Of a stretch of 64,000 nt of DNA, positions 1-12,519 are shown piece after piece. How positions within the stretch are numbered: position 1 is the first letter of the stretch; the number at the start of each line of letters is the position of its first letter. The notes below the pieces were generated by a model that was not told where the DNA came from, did not search any database, and saw only the letters and a program-made list of their open reading frames with translations. A program made the position numbers and the translations under genes. This stretch comes from Octopus sinensis (taxonomy: Eukaryota), in NCBI RefSeq assembly GCF_006345805.1, contig NC_043022.1:1364001-1428000 (forward strand), read 5' to 3'.

Positions 1-347
1 CCTTTCAGGTTGATCATATAAGTACCAGTTGCGTACTGGGGTTGATCAAATCGACTGACTCCCCCCTCCCCCAAATTTCAGGCCTTGTGCTTATAGTAGA
101 AAGGATTATTATTATCATCAAGTCGGTGGGCTGCCAGAATCGTTGGTAAACCAGACAAAATGCTTAGCAGCATCTCTTCCAGCTTTTTGTGTTCCGAGTA
201 GGAATTCCATTGAGGTCAGTTTTTACCTTTCATCCTTTCAGAGCCAGTAAAATAAATACCAGTCAAACACTGGGGGTCGATGTATTCGACTAAACACCTC
301 TCCTTAGAAATGCTGACCCTGTTTCTAGGTTTCAACAAATTATTACT

Positions 348-884
348 TTAAACCTTTCATTAACCTTTCACCCAGCTGAAACTGCTTCTGGCTCTGAGTA
401 CAAATGTCATGTTTTCTTAGGTTTTGAATTAAAACCTTCTACCAAACCTTAGTCACAATTTATGTTCCTAACACTAGCTTAATGATAACTAAGTTATTTT
501 ACTAAATTCTTTATATTTAAAATTAATTAAAAGAAACACAGAACATCTCAACAGAAATATGGTAACAAAAGGGTTTAAGACAGTCAGTCAAAAGTGTCTT
601 CAATTTGCACAAGATTTGGCTGCTATTTCTAACAAATGAAACAAAATCTGCAAATTAACCCTTTCAATACCAACCCAGCTGAAACCACCTCTGGCTCTGT
701 TGTACAAATGTCTTGTTTTCAAAAGTTCTGGATTAAAATCTTCCACCAAACCTTAGTCACAATTTGTGTTCCTAACACTAGCTTAATGACAACTAAGTTA
801 TTTTACTAAATTCTTTGTTATATTTTAAACCGATTGAAAGAAACACAGAGCATTTCAAAATAAATACAGTAATGAAAGGGTTAA
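348..884. mobile_element. Pair of piggyBac-type MITEs with a 76-bp spacer
   Basis: two ~230-bp TTAA/CCC..GGG/TTAA elements in tandem; inverted copy at 38408-38940. Confidence 0.8.
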
Positions 885-1227
885 GAGAACAAACCAAACG
901 GGTGTGAATGGGACAAGTTCCACACCAGTAACTTGTCTAGTGGAGCTGTAGTTTTGAGTGAAAAAGGATGGTTTTAGTTCTGTTGCATGCAGCCTCCTCC
1001 TGTTTGGGTCCTGCTAGATTTCCTACCCCAATAGAAATAACAGTCAAGTCTCCCTCAAATCATATCTTACTCTTCTTTATATAAAAGGAAAGGGCATATT
1101 AGCTAATTTAGTCGTATGTACTTTTTTCTGAAAGGGGAGGGAGGACCATTGAAAGAACTGGAATACTAAAAAAAAAAACAAGACTTATCCCCTCCACCAG
1201 GCTGGGAGGATGGGCCTTGAACTTCAC

Positions 1228-1489
1228 TCCTCCTCCTCCTCCTCCTCCCCCTTTTTCGTCCCCCCTCCTCCTCACCACCACCACCACCACCACCACCATC
1301 ATCATCACCATCACCACCATCATCATCACCACCATCATCATCACCATCACCACCACTATCACAATCATCATCATTCCCATTACCAACACCACCATCACCA
1401 TCACCACCATCATCATCACCATCACCACCACCATCATCATCCCCACCACCACTATCACAATCATCCTCATTCCCATTACGAACACCACT

Positions 1490-1524
<35 letters not shown>

Positions 1525-1525
1525 T
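1228..1525. repeat. Compound (CCT)n/(CAC)n/(CAT)n microsatellite
   Basis: source of the poly-His/poly-Thr/poly-Asp ORFs; internal ~96-bp duplication (1351 vs 1447). Confidence 0.9.
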
Positions 1526-1857
1526 ACCTCTGCTTTTCCCATGCTGATGTAACTCGGACAAGAGTTATTGAGGCAGTATTCTATGGTCAGATGCCTTTCC
1601 TGTCACTAACCCTTAACCTGTTTTCCTAGTGAAGTATTTCTTGTTCTATTCCAGGACAAATTGCTATTGGTTCTGTGTTTTCATCTTCATCCTCTATATT
1701 TTTAGAGGTCTTTGCCCACAGGGCTCAGTTTTGTCTTCTTTCCCTTCCTGCAGTTTGGTAAAATGCAGGGCACATAGCCGTGATGTCTATTTAGCTGCCT
1801 TGTCCAGAGGTGCCATCCTTTTTTTTTTTCACCAATGTGTTGTTGTTTTATTTACAG

Positions 1858-1995
1858 AGGAACTGAGGGTTCTGCACGAACGGCTTGCCTATCTGGAACG
1901 AAGGGAGCGTGAACTGATTCGGGAGAAAGAAGAACAAGAGAAGGAGTTTGGCTTAAAAAGAGCCAAACTGAAGGAGCTGTTTCTTCAGAAAGAAG
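1858..1995 (+). CDS. RABEP1: Rabaptin-5 (Rab GTPase-binding effector protein 1) coding exon, first in window (upstream exon outside window)
   Basis: tttacag acceptor, G|gtgag donor; encodes ELRVLHERLAYLERRERELIREKEEQEKEFGLKRAKLKELFLQKE, matching the remembered vertebrate RABEP1 N-terminus (EQEFNQKRAKFKELYLAKEE); phase 1-1. Confidence 0.93.
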
Positions 1996-2574
1996 GTGAG
2001 TTCTGGGGCTGGGGTTTGTTTGTGTGTGTGTGTGGGGTTGTATTTCTGTACAGGCGCAGGAGTGGCTGTGTGGTAAGAAGCTTGCTTCCCAACCACCTGG
2101 TTCTAGTTTCAGTTCCACAGCATGTGCCTTGAGCAAGTGTCTTCTATAACCTCTCGTTAACCGAAGCCTTGTGAGTGGATTTGGTTGATGGAAATTAGAA
2201 GACACTCATTGTGTGTGTGTGTGTGTGTCATCATCATCATCAGTTAACGTCCGTGTTCCATGCTAGTATGGGTGGGATGGTACCACAAGAGCCAGCCAGG
2301 CTTCTGTGACTGTTTTGGCAAGATTTTTACAGCTGGCTGCCCTTCCTAACATCAACCTCTTTACAGTGTGGACTGGGTGCTTTCAAGTGGCATTGGCAAT
2401 GACAGTGTCACCTAGTACTTGCAAGACAAACACTTTTAAGAAGGGAGAAGGTATTGGAGGAGGTCATGTCGCGATACAGAGACAGGTATCTTGCTGTAGA
2501 AGAAGTACGTTACCCAGCCGGAGAGAGAAAGATCAGGAACAAAGAATGAATGTATAAATATATATATATATATA

Positions 2575-2790
2575 TAGCATGGGTTGGATGGTTCAACTGG
2601 GGTCTGTGAAGCCAGAAGGCTGCATCAGGCCCAGTCAGATCTGGCAGTGTTTCTATGGCTGGATGCCCTTCCTCACGGAGTGGTTGGCGTTAGGAAGGGC
2701 ATCCAGCCGTAGAAACACTGCCAGATCTGACTGGGCCTGATGCAGCCTTCTGGCTTCACAGACCCCAGTTGAACTGTCCAACCCATGCTA
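2575..2790. repeat. Inverted duplication of a SINE/LINE tail, 99-bp arms, 18-nt spacer
   Basis: 2575-2673 vs 2692-2790, 3 mismatches. Confidence 0.95.
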
Positions 2791-3472
2791 GCATGGAAAG
2801 CGGACGCTAAATGATGATGATGATGATGATGACATATATAATACAAATAAGAAAATGGAGAAACAAATTCATTTCGTTCATTCATAACCCCTATCTTACT
2901 TTGTACTATATATATATATATATATATACGATGGTTGCTCCTATCAGTTTCGATGTACGAGTGTTTGAAGGAGAGGACTTGTTAGAGAGAGATTAATAGA
3001 AAGAAAGGAAAAAAAGCCAAAAAGCTGCATCTGTTTGCTATGGATGCATGAATGTAATTTGAGTCCCGGGATGGATTTTGCTATGGAGTCACAATGGGGA
3101 CTTTGATGCCTTTGATCTTGCCTGGGATTGAGCAAGTGTGTGTGTTGGTTGTGGGTCTGTTGGTTCTTCTAATGTGCTTTTTCTCCAATTCAAATTGTTT
3201 GGATGCACTGCATCACATATATATAAATAAGTGTGTGTGTGTGTGTCTCTCTGTTTGTTGCCCTCCCTTTCACTGCTTGATGGTGTTGGTGTGTTTATGT
3301 CACCTGTAACTTAGCGGCTCAGCAAAAGAGACTGATAGAATATGTACCAGGCTTTAAAAAATTAAGTACTGGGGTTGAATCATTCAACTAAAATTTCTTC
3401 AACGTGGTGCCCCAGCATGGCCACAGTCTAATGATTGAATCAAGTGAAAGTAAAATAGATGTGTTTGTGCGA

Positions 3473-3515
<43 letters not shown>

Positions 3516-3674
3516 TATGTGAGCATTCATGTATGTGTGTGCGTGTGTGAGTATGCGTGCGTGTATGCATGTGTGTGTGTGTGCATGTGAGTGTGTGTGT
3601 GTGTGGGTATACATGTGTGTGAGTATGCGTGTGCGAGTATACGTGTGTGCGTGTGTATGTGTGTGTGAGTATGC

Positions 3675-3714
<40 letters not shown>

Positions 3715-4941
3715 GTGAGCAAGCATCTGTGAATGTCTTTGTCTAATTGTGCACGTATTTGATGTTATAGTGGACGTGCATGTAAATATGCGAGCACCCA
3801 TCTTTGCTTCTGTGATTCTTTATTATGACAAGGTTGTGTGACATATGTGACACACAAACTCTGTGTATGCACATACGTGTATGTATGTGTGTGTTGTGTG
3901 TGAGGTTGCTTTTTCTTCTGCTGGTCACACGTACCTCCATACAACCTGTTGCATGCTCGGGTCATTAGCAACTAAACCGACAAACTCACCAAGCTTGCTG
4001 GGAGCGGAAGGTGATTTTGGGGTACTCTGCAGGACGGGGGAAACAAGACCCGTCAGGAAAGTGAATGGCCAATGAATATAGTCAAGAGTAAGTGGCGCTC
4101 ACCTGTTGTAGAGAAGACAACCAATCTAAAAGAAGGAAGTCTCTGAAATGAAATCCGTTCAGCAAGAACTTGACAACCAGCTGGTACTGTTTTTATTCAG
4201 GGAAAAATTATGTCATCAAGATGTTATGGTTGACTGATAGTAAACACACGCACACACTCACACACACATATTCTTTTATTCTTTTATTTGTTTCAGTCAT
4301 TTGATTGTGGCCATGCTGGAGCACTGCCTTTTAGTCAAAGAAATCGATTCCTGGACTTATTCTTTGTAAGCCTGGTGCATATTCTATTGGTCTCTTCTGC
4401 TGAACTGCTAAGTTATGGGGACATAAACACACTAACATTGGTTATCAAGCGATGGTTGGGGAGACAGACAGACACACACTCACACACATAAATATATACC
4501 CACACACACACACATACACAAACAGGCTTCTTTCAGCTTTCATTTACCAAATTCACTCACAAGGCTTTGGTCAGCCCAAGATTATAGTAGAAGACACTTG
4601 CACAAACGCCACATACCAGGACTGAACTTGAGACCATGTGGTTGGGAAGCAAAGTTCTTACCACACAGCCATACTTGTGCCTATATAATATATATATATA
4701 TATATATACATACATATATATCTCTTTCTCTTTCTTTCTCTCTTTTACTTGTTTCGGTCATTTGACTGCGACCATGCTGGAGCACCGCCTTTAGTTGACA
4801 AATCGACCCCGGGACTTATTCTTTGTAGCCCAGCACTTATTCTATTGGTCTCTTTTGCCGAACCGCTAAGTGACGGGGACGTAAACACACCAGCATCGGT
4901 TGTCAAGCAATGCTAGGGGGACAAACACAGACACACAAATC

Positions 4942-4985
<44 letters not shown>

Positions 4986-5140
4986 ACAGGCTTCTTTCAG
5001 TTTCCGTCTACCAAATCCACTCACAAGGCATTGGTCGGCCCGGGGCTATAGTAGAAGACACTTGCCCAAGATGCCACGCAGTGGGACTGTACCCGGAACC
5101 ATGTGGCTGGTTAGCAAGTTACTTACCACACACACCACAC

Positions 5141-5191
<51 letters not shown>

Positions 5192-5734
5192 CATATACAC
5201 ACAGAGGATTTATTACAATGTAGTTTATTTCAACATGTAGGATGCCAGGAAAGGCTGGGTATTGGAGTTTGCAATATTCAGTTGTTATTTGCTGGTTGTA
5301 TGTGGCAAGTATGCATAACATGGCTACAGGCAATATATGTGTACATGAAGACAAATACACACACACACAGGTGTATACATAGGTAACTGAATCCAATACA
5401 GACGTTAGATCCACCTTGGAATGGTTTCAAGTGTGGCATTTGTATCAAAGAACAACACCAGTGGAGTTTAAAAATTGAATGTGAATTTTAAACTCCATAT
5501 ATATATAATATTATTAAAGCAGTAAAAATATCACAAAAACTGTTACTCAGAGTTTCACGTCCGTTTAGCGGACGTTTTTTAGATTCTAAACAAAACTGTC
5601 CAATGAACAGGAACGTGAAACTCTGAGTAACAGTTTTTGTGATATTTTTGCTGCTTTTTAATAAAGCATATTACTCTACCTCTGGTATTTGAGTACTATT
5701 TTTCCTGCCTTGTTTCGCATTTGTGGTTACTCCG

Positions 5735-5765
<31 letters not shown>

Positions 5766-6176
5766 CATATACACACACACACACACACAAGGCTTTAGGT
5801 GAAGACACCTGCCCAAGGTGCCACGCAGTGGGATTGAACCTGGAACCATGTGGTTGGCAAGAAAGCTACTTACCACACAGCCACTTCTGTGCCTATGATT
5901 ATCTTATGCACTTCATTGGCTTACAGCTGTTTCTGCTATAAGATGCAGTGCACTCCTAGTTGAGTGCCTGAGTAACACCCCAGCTGTAAGCTAATGAAGC
6001 TCATAAGATAATCCTTTATTCCTTTGTCATCTCGTTTTCTAATTACTGCTCTCTACTCAACACTTCATTCTGAAACAATATGTCTACTGGGGTCTACCCC
6101 AGGTTATTAGTCTCACGATGCCTAAGCAAAATATTAATAGATTAATAAATATATCAATATTTTTTCTATCTTTCAG

Positions 6177-6380
6177 AGGAACTGAAGCGAGAGCGTGACA
6201 CAACAGCTGAGGCCCTTGGCAAGAACAACTCACTCTTGATAGACTTGAAGAAGCTTCAAAGTGAACTTGAAGATCTGAAGGCTGCTGCAGCCGTTTCGGA
6301 AGAGAACAAACAGGATGAAGTTGAAGACATTCGGCGCCAGTGCCAGGAGGAGATTGCCAGTTTGCAGAGTATTATGAAAG
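6177..6380 (+). CDS. RABEP1: Rabaptin-5 coding exon
   Basis: tttcag / G|gtaatg; 204 nt phase 1-1; ELKRERDTTAEALGK...AAAAVSEENKQDEVEDIRRQCQEEIASLQSIMK, cf. vertebrate ATVSENTKQEAIDEVKRQWREEVASLQAVMK. Confidence 0.95.
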
Positions 6381-8067
6381 GTAATGTTGTTTGGGCTCCA
6401 GATCAACCCTGATTGGCAGACTCGTGATTAAAGGAATTCCATCTATGACCATCCCATTGTATTTTCAGGCATAGTGCATATAAATCCTCATTATCCAATA
6501 TATCCTTCAGCTTTTTGAATAGTAGTGTCATTTGAAGGAGATTTGGCTGTTATTTCTAGCAGGTTGGTCAGTCCTTTATTAAGATAAATGTTAAAAAAGT
6601 AGAAAGAATAAAATGTTTTGTTTTCATTTTCTTCATTTTTATGCCCTTCTTGTCACCAACACTTACCTGTTTTTAAATAAGGTAATATTTCCCCAGGGCT
6701 AGGCATGTTATTCACAAAAGACTGAAAATGAACCACATCACTTGTATGACAGTGAGGCTTGTTTACAGCCACCATTTGATATCGAAACAAGGGCATAAAA
6801 CAGGTTGTCTTCTACCATACATATGGTGGAAGTCAACTCGTGACCGAGTAAGACCACTTCTTGAACTCATTTCATTCTAAGTTTGGTTTCCTTATCGCTG
6901 ATGAGGTCTCGTATGGTTCTTAGGGCCTGCAAGGGACTTATAAGTCATTCCACATTGATTACAAGTTAGTTTTCCAGCAACATCTCGACCATCTAGATCA
7001 GTGGTCCTAGATCAAAAGTCCTAGATCAGTGGTCCTCAACCGGGGTCCATATCGGCCTTGAGGGTCCATATAAGATTTTGTAATTAAAATGTGTGTCCAG
7101 TAAATTGGTTAAACTCCTCCAATACACAAAATATTTTAATGATTTTTTAAATAGAATTAGTAATAATATTTAATTATAAAAATACAGAAGGATTTTTTTG
7201 TATATACATTGAAAGGCTATGAAGGTCCAGTAGAGTAAAATAGGGATCAAAGGGGCCCATTGGGAAAAAATTGGTTTATAAACAGTGATGTAGATGTAGG
7301 GATTTGTAATACTGAGTCCACCAGCTGACCTACACTACACACTTTATACAAACTGCATGAAAGATTATGCTACATGTTATATTGGTAGACAAGGGTGTTT
7401 CTGTGGTTACATGTGTGGCTGAGTCGGTGTTCCTTTGAGAAACAGACTCAGCCAGATTTATCACATGAAAAAGACCCTTTTGTGCCCTTTTCATATGCAT
7501 ATTTGGTGATCGCTCCATCTTCACAGATAATTACTCTCTCCTTGTGCTTCCTCATTGTTTTTGACATTTCTGACTTTCCACCCATGACCTCTCAGGTGAC
7601 TATTCGGTCCTGATGCAGATCTGCGTTGTTTGAGGCATAGGGACAGATGTAAGTTGTAACCTAGTGGTGCAAGCTTCCAACCAGTTAATTCTGCACACAT
7701 CACCACCTTTCGGTTGCCACTTGAAGATCTGAGGGCTGCTGCATCCGTTTCGATGTGATTTCTGCCCAAATGTCCAAGTGCTCTGAATGTCAAAGTGAAG
7801 AACCGCATAGATGGAACGATGAATGAAGGTCACCACACGATAAAGAAACATCTGTACATCATTGGATTATAGTGGTAAACACCCGTACAACATGAGTACC
7901 CCACTCTCTCAATCTCCATTGATTAGTATTAGTACCTGGGCACAGGCAGAAGTGAGATGACCAGCAATCACAAGAAACAGTGTATTTTACATCAAAGCAT
8001 TCCTTTCCTAGAAGGATGCTGGGACAACAGTTCAGGGTCCCTCACGCCTGGTGGTTTTACTGTGCAA

Positions 8068-8294
8068 GTGAGCTGGCAGAAACGTTAGCACGCTGGGCGA
8101 AATGCTTTGCGGTATTTCACCTGCCGTTACGTTGCGAGTTCAAATTCCGCCGAGGTCAACTTTGCCTTTCATCCTTTTGGGGTCGATAAATTAAGTACCA
8201 GTTACGCACTGGGGTCGATGTAATCGACTTAATACCTATGTCTGTCCTTGTTTGTCCCCTCTGTGTTTAGCCCCTTGTGGGCAATAAAGAAATA
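8068..8294 (+). mobile_element. tRNA-derived SINE, family A
   Basis: A-box tggcagaa, B-box gagttcaaattcc; perfect 15-bp TSD ggttttactgtgcaa. Confidence 0.85.
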
Positions 8295-9263
8295 GGTTTT
8301 ACTGTGCAACTTGACACCAACCAAGGGTATATCTGCATCCCTGTGCTCTGAAGGAATTTTCACCAGATATGCTAGATAACCCTTTGCTGGGACCCAAGGC
8401 AGGACTAAAGGGACTTCATAACCAACACTTTCTCAGCTCATTCTTCAATCTTTATACAATGTATACTGGATGTATTTTGTGTGGTATCAACACTGCAGAG
8501 GTTGTCCCACTCATATGATACTCCAGAGAGACTGTTGGTTGAGGCACTCTCCTTCATTGTACCAGTTCAGGAAAGGGAATGCTTTAGTAATGATAACATT
8601 TTGGGACCACTAATGTTCTGTAGCTGAAACTCAGACCATAGAACTGGTACTCACATGTGTCATTTAGCTTAGTTTCTACGGCTGGATGTTCTTCCTATCG
8701 GCTATCACTTTATGGAGTGTACCGGATGCATTTTCTTGTGGCACCAACACTTGAGAGGTGTAGAAGTCTGCGTCTGGAAAATTCACTTTAAGAAATTTTG
8801 GTGTGGAGACAGATGTGCCATGTGGCAAATTTGCTGTATGGACACTGACAAAGCTTATTATATCAGCATTTTTTAAATTGCAAAAAAGAAAAATTATAAA
8901 AGCATTAAACGGGTAAGTCTTTATTCAACATCAAACATTAAAAAATGTGTTGGGGTCATTTAAAATGAGATTTCATACAGTGAATTTTCCTATTGCAAAA
9001 ATGTTTACAGCAAAATTTCCTGTAACCTTACTGGTCTTCTGTGGGATAAAACTAGGGGGACTTTGTAATCCTAAACTTCCTCTGTTCATTTGTGATCCAC
9101 TTAACATTGTTAACTGGGTGCATTTTCTGTGATTCCAGCACCAGTCACCATGATGGGTGTTAGGCCAGAGGCTTTCTTTCCTATCGCTGGCACTGGAGTG
9201 TGTGGTGAGGGGTACCTTGATTGCGTTTATTCTAAAAAAAAAATACCTGTTTGTGTCTTACAG

Positions 9264-9390
9264 AAGCAGCAGATGAAGCTTCAAGGAAGACAGCAGCTCA
9301 ATATGAGAGCGTGTGGCAGAGAATGATGAAAATGAATGAGAAATCAGAACAAGAACTTCAAGATCTGAAAATGCAGTTAAATCAAGAAAG
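9264..9390 (+). CDS. RABEP1: Rabaptin-5 coding exon
   Basis: cttacag / AG|gtaagt; 127 nt phase 1-2; EAADEASRKTAAQYESVWQRMMKMNEKSEQELQDLKMQLNQE; joins both neighbours in frame. Confidence 0.9.
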
Positions 9391-9599
9391 GTAAGTTTTT
9401 TACTGAAGTTGAGAGGGAATTTGGTAGAGAGAAACTTCAAGAACCCCATCATCATCATCATCATCATCGTTTAACGTCCGCTTTCCATGCTAGCATGGGT
9501 TGGACGATTTGACTGTGAGCTGGCGAACCAGATGGCTGCACCAGGCTTCAATCTTGATATATATTTGTGTGTGTGTGTGTGAAAGTGCAGAACTGGCCG

Positions 9600-9790
9600 G
9601 TCTTGTACCTCGTCCACTCAGGTTCCCCTGACTCGTCTCTCCACCTCTCTTCCCTCTTCCTGCATCTACTTCCTCCCCTTTCTCCAACACTAACCATTGT
9701 TGCCCAGTCCTTCCTCCTCAGACCATCATTCCCCTGGAATCTCCCCTCTGCTCATTCCTTTCCTGCAGGTGTTGATCTGCAACTGTTTAA
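9600..9790 (+). mobile_element. CR1/L2-like LINE 3' fragment
   Basis: remnant SFLLRPSFPWNLPSAHSFPAGVDLQLFKQNIN resembles the SFFP....WN.LP..VFP...DL..FK..VN C-terminus. Confidence 0.5.
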
Positions 9791-10382
9791 GCAGAACATT
9801 AATTGCCAGCATGGAAGGCGGAGGTTAAACGATGATGATGATGATGAAGTAGATATATAATTTTAATTGTTGGCCCAAACATGTTGGTAGTCAGGTACCT
9901 AGGAGTCATGACCTGGATGTGGCCTGGCTCATTTAAAGTGTAAGAAATTAAGGGCCAAAACATTTGCCCGAGGGGGTTACTGCTCTGAAGTCCAGTGCTA
10001 TGAGCTGATTTTGGTATATTTACGCTGTTTGTCTACAGCAAGAAATTTTCTCCATGACAAAAACACGGTAAATGGCTTTCCTATGGGTTCAACTATGACC
10101 CAAACATATTTGACCTGGTATTGAACCTTGTATTTATACACACCACTCCTTAGTGTTGCCATACTGTAATTTGTTTGTGGGGAGTTGCTGATTAGCGCTA
10201 TCAGTCATTGTATGACAGTGAGAATACCCTAAGAGAGTCAGTCTCTCTTATCATCTCACAGCAAACCCTGTCCATTCTCTGTGGCTGAAAAGGAGATAAT
10301 CTCTCCGAAATGCTTACATCCCACAGTCTAGGTAGGTGGTGCTGTGAGCTGAATTTGGTATATTTACACCATTTGTCTACAG

Positions 10383-11432
10383 CAGGGGTCACCAAAGGGG
10401 GTTGGCAAAGAATTACGGGGTATTACAGGGTATGAGGAATTACAATGATAGCCAAGGGGTTGAATGGAGGTCGGCATGCGAAAGACCAGCTGACCCAGAT
10501 GAACTGTTTCAAATAATCGGTCAGCGCCATGCCCATCCCTCCCGTAAATGTTGCCAATTACAGGGTACGAGGAATTACAATGATAGCCAAGGGGTTGAAT
10601 GGAGGTTGGCATGCGAAAGACCAGCTGACCCAGATGAACTGTTTGAAATACTTGGTCAGCGCCATGCCCATCCCTCCCGTAAATGTTGCCAATTTCAATA
10701 AAACATATTCCAGCAATATGATGTGTTTTCCATATTTTCTGTGAAAACAATTTCATAAAAATTGAAAGTTTAATACGGTATACTCGTACACAGAATTCAT
10801 TAATTACACCATTTGTCTACAGCAGGGGTCGCCAAAGGGGGTTGGCGAAGAATTACGGGGTATTACAGGGAACGAGGAATTACAATGATAGCCAAGGGGT
10901 TGAATGGAGGTTGGCATGCGAAAGACCAGCTGACCCAGATGAACTGTTTGAAACACTTGGTCAGCGCCATGCCCATCCCTCCCGTAAATGTTGCCAATTT
11001 CAATAAAACATATTCCAGCAATATGATGTGTTTTCCACATTTTCTGCGAAAATAAATTCATAAAAGCTGAAAGTTTAATACTGTATATTCGTACATGAAG
11101 TTTTAAATGTAAAAAGTGAGTCATCTTCAATAGAATTCATTAATTTGTCGTACGTGTATATTTTAGCTGACATTTTAATTGCCAGCGTCAGTACCCGATA
11201 CGCATTCAAGATATGGTACAGTAGGGTAGGGTATTAAGACATTTTAAATGCAGAGGGTGGTCGATGTAGAAGGAGAAGTGGTTAAAGGGGTCAATGCAGA
11301 AGGAAAAGTGGCTAAAAGGGGTCGATGCAGAAGTGGCTAAATTGGGTCGATGCGGAAGAAGTGGCTAAAGGGGGTGGGTGCAGAAGAAGTGGCTAAAGGG
11401 AGTTGATGGTCAAAAATATTTTGTGGCCCCTG
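10383..11432. mobile_element. Non-autonomous hAT element with internal duplications
   Basis: termini CAGGGGTCACCAAA / tttgtggCCCCTG; 8-bp TSD gtctacag / ttctacag; left end duplicated at 10823; ~27-bp tandem repeats at 11250-11400. Confidence 0.8.
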
Positions 11433-11520
11433 TTCTACAGCGTAAAACATTCTCCTTGACAAAACACAGCAAATGGCTTTCTTACATGTTCGAATATGCC
11501 TTTTACATGATAGCCTTTTA

Positions 11521-11737
11521 CAAGGGGCTGTTGAAAAGTTCCTGGTTTTGGGTGAATGAAAATACAGGAAGATCAGTTAACTATGATTTTATCCAACATA
11601 TTCCCCTCTCAGATTCACACACTTATTGCAGCGGTCCTTCAGTTTTTCTAAGCCCTGTAAAAGAACTTGGAAGGTTGAGCTTCCAACCACGCCGTTTGCG
11701 ACACCCTTAAAACCAGGAACTTTTCAGCACCCTCTTG
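11521..11737. mobile_element. mariner-type MITE
   Basis: TA|CAAGGGGCTGTTGAAAAGTTCC ... GGAACTTTTCAGCACCCTCTTG|TA; related copy at 16203-16397. Confidence 0.8.
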
Positions 11738-11846
11738 TATTGTGTGTGTGTGAGAGAGAGAGAAAATTAATGAAAGGATTAAATGTATTTTTAAAAATAA
11801 TTATTTTTCTCCAAAATCTCATAGGAGTTATCTTTCATATTTCCAG

Positions 11847-11955
11847 GGAAGGCTTTTTAGCTTCTGTGGCGAAATCCCTGAAGCGAGTTAGTGGCAGTGT
11901 TTCGAGCACCAATGCATCAGTTGAAGCGGAGAGTCTAGAAGACAGTATGAGGAAG
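11847..11955 (+). CDS. RABEP1: Rabaptin-5 coding exon
   Basis: ttccag / AAG|gtaatg; 109 nt phase 2-0; EGFLASVAKSLKRVSGSVSSTNASVEAESLEDSMRK, ending like vertebrate ENLENEMKK. Confidence 0.92.
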
Positions 11956-12519
11956 GTAATGTCCAGCATGGCCTATCTTTGCTTCTTGTTCTACCCACCC
12001 TGGTCACTCACTCATTTGCATTTATTTTGTCATTTTATAGTTTTCTTTAATTTTTCAAAATTTCCTTTTTTTTCCTTCAACCATTTGTTCCCAGTTCCAC
12101 CTCCTCCTCTTTCTCCTCATATGTTAGCCAAGGAAGGTAATATCATCTCACATTTCTAGCTCTGACTTCCATTGACTTCTCCCTTTCTTTGGTTTATATT
12201 TAATGCTGGTGCTACATAAAAAGCACCCGTACTAGTGCCACATATAAAGCACCCATGCTAGTGCCATGTCTAAAGCACTTGGTCAACACTGTAAAGTGGT
12301 TGGCGTTAGGAAGTGCATCCAGCTGTAGAAATCATGCCAGATCAGACGATTGGAGCCTGGGGCAGCTCTCTGGCTGCTAAGCACCTGTCAACCCATGCCA
12401 GCATGGAGAACTGATGATGAGTGTGCATCATGGTTTTACAGCATCCACATTCCTCTACTTCCATGTCTCGGATTGTTTCAGCGGTTTATGCAAATTTATC
12501 CATCCAGAGGCAGTGTGGT

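Noticed and set aside
1108-1629. Poly-His / poly-Asp / poly-Thr ORFs resembling histidine-rich or biomineralisation proteins
   Set aside because: Open on both strands and in several frames because the (CAC/CAT)n microsatellite lacks stops; no splice signals tie them to a gene.
10364-11130. ORFs with a repeated 45-aa unit
   Set aside because: They are translations of the 135-bp and 440-bp duplications inside a hAT element.
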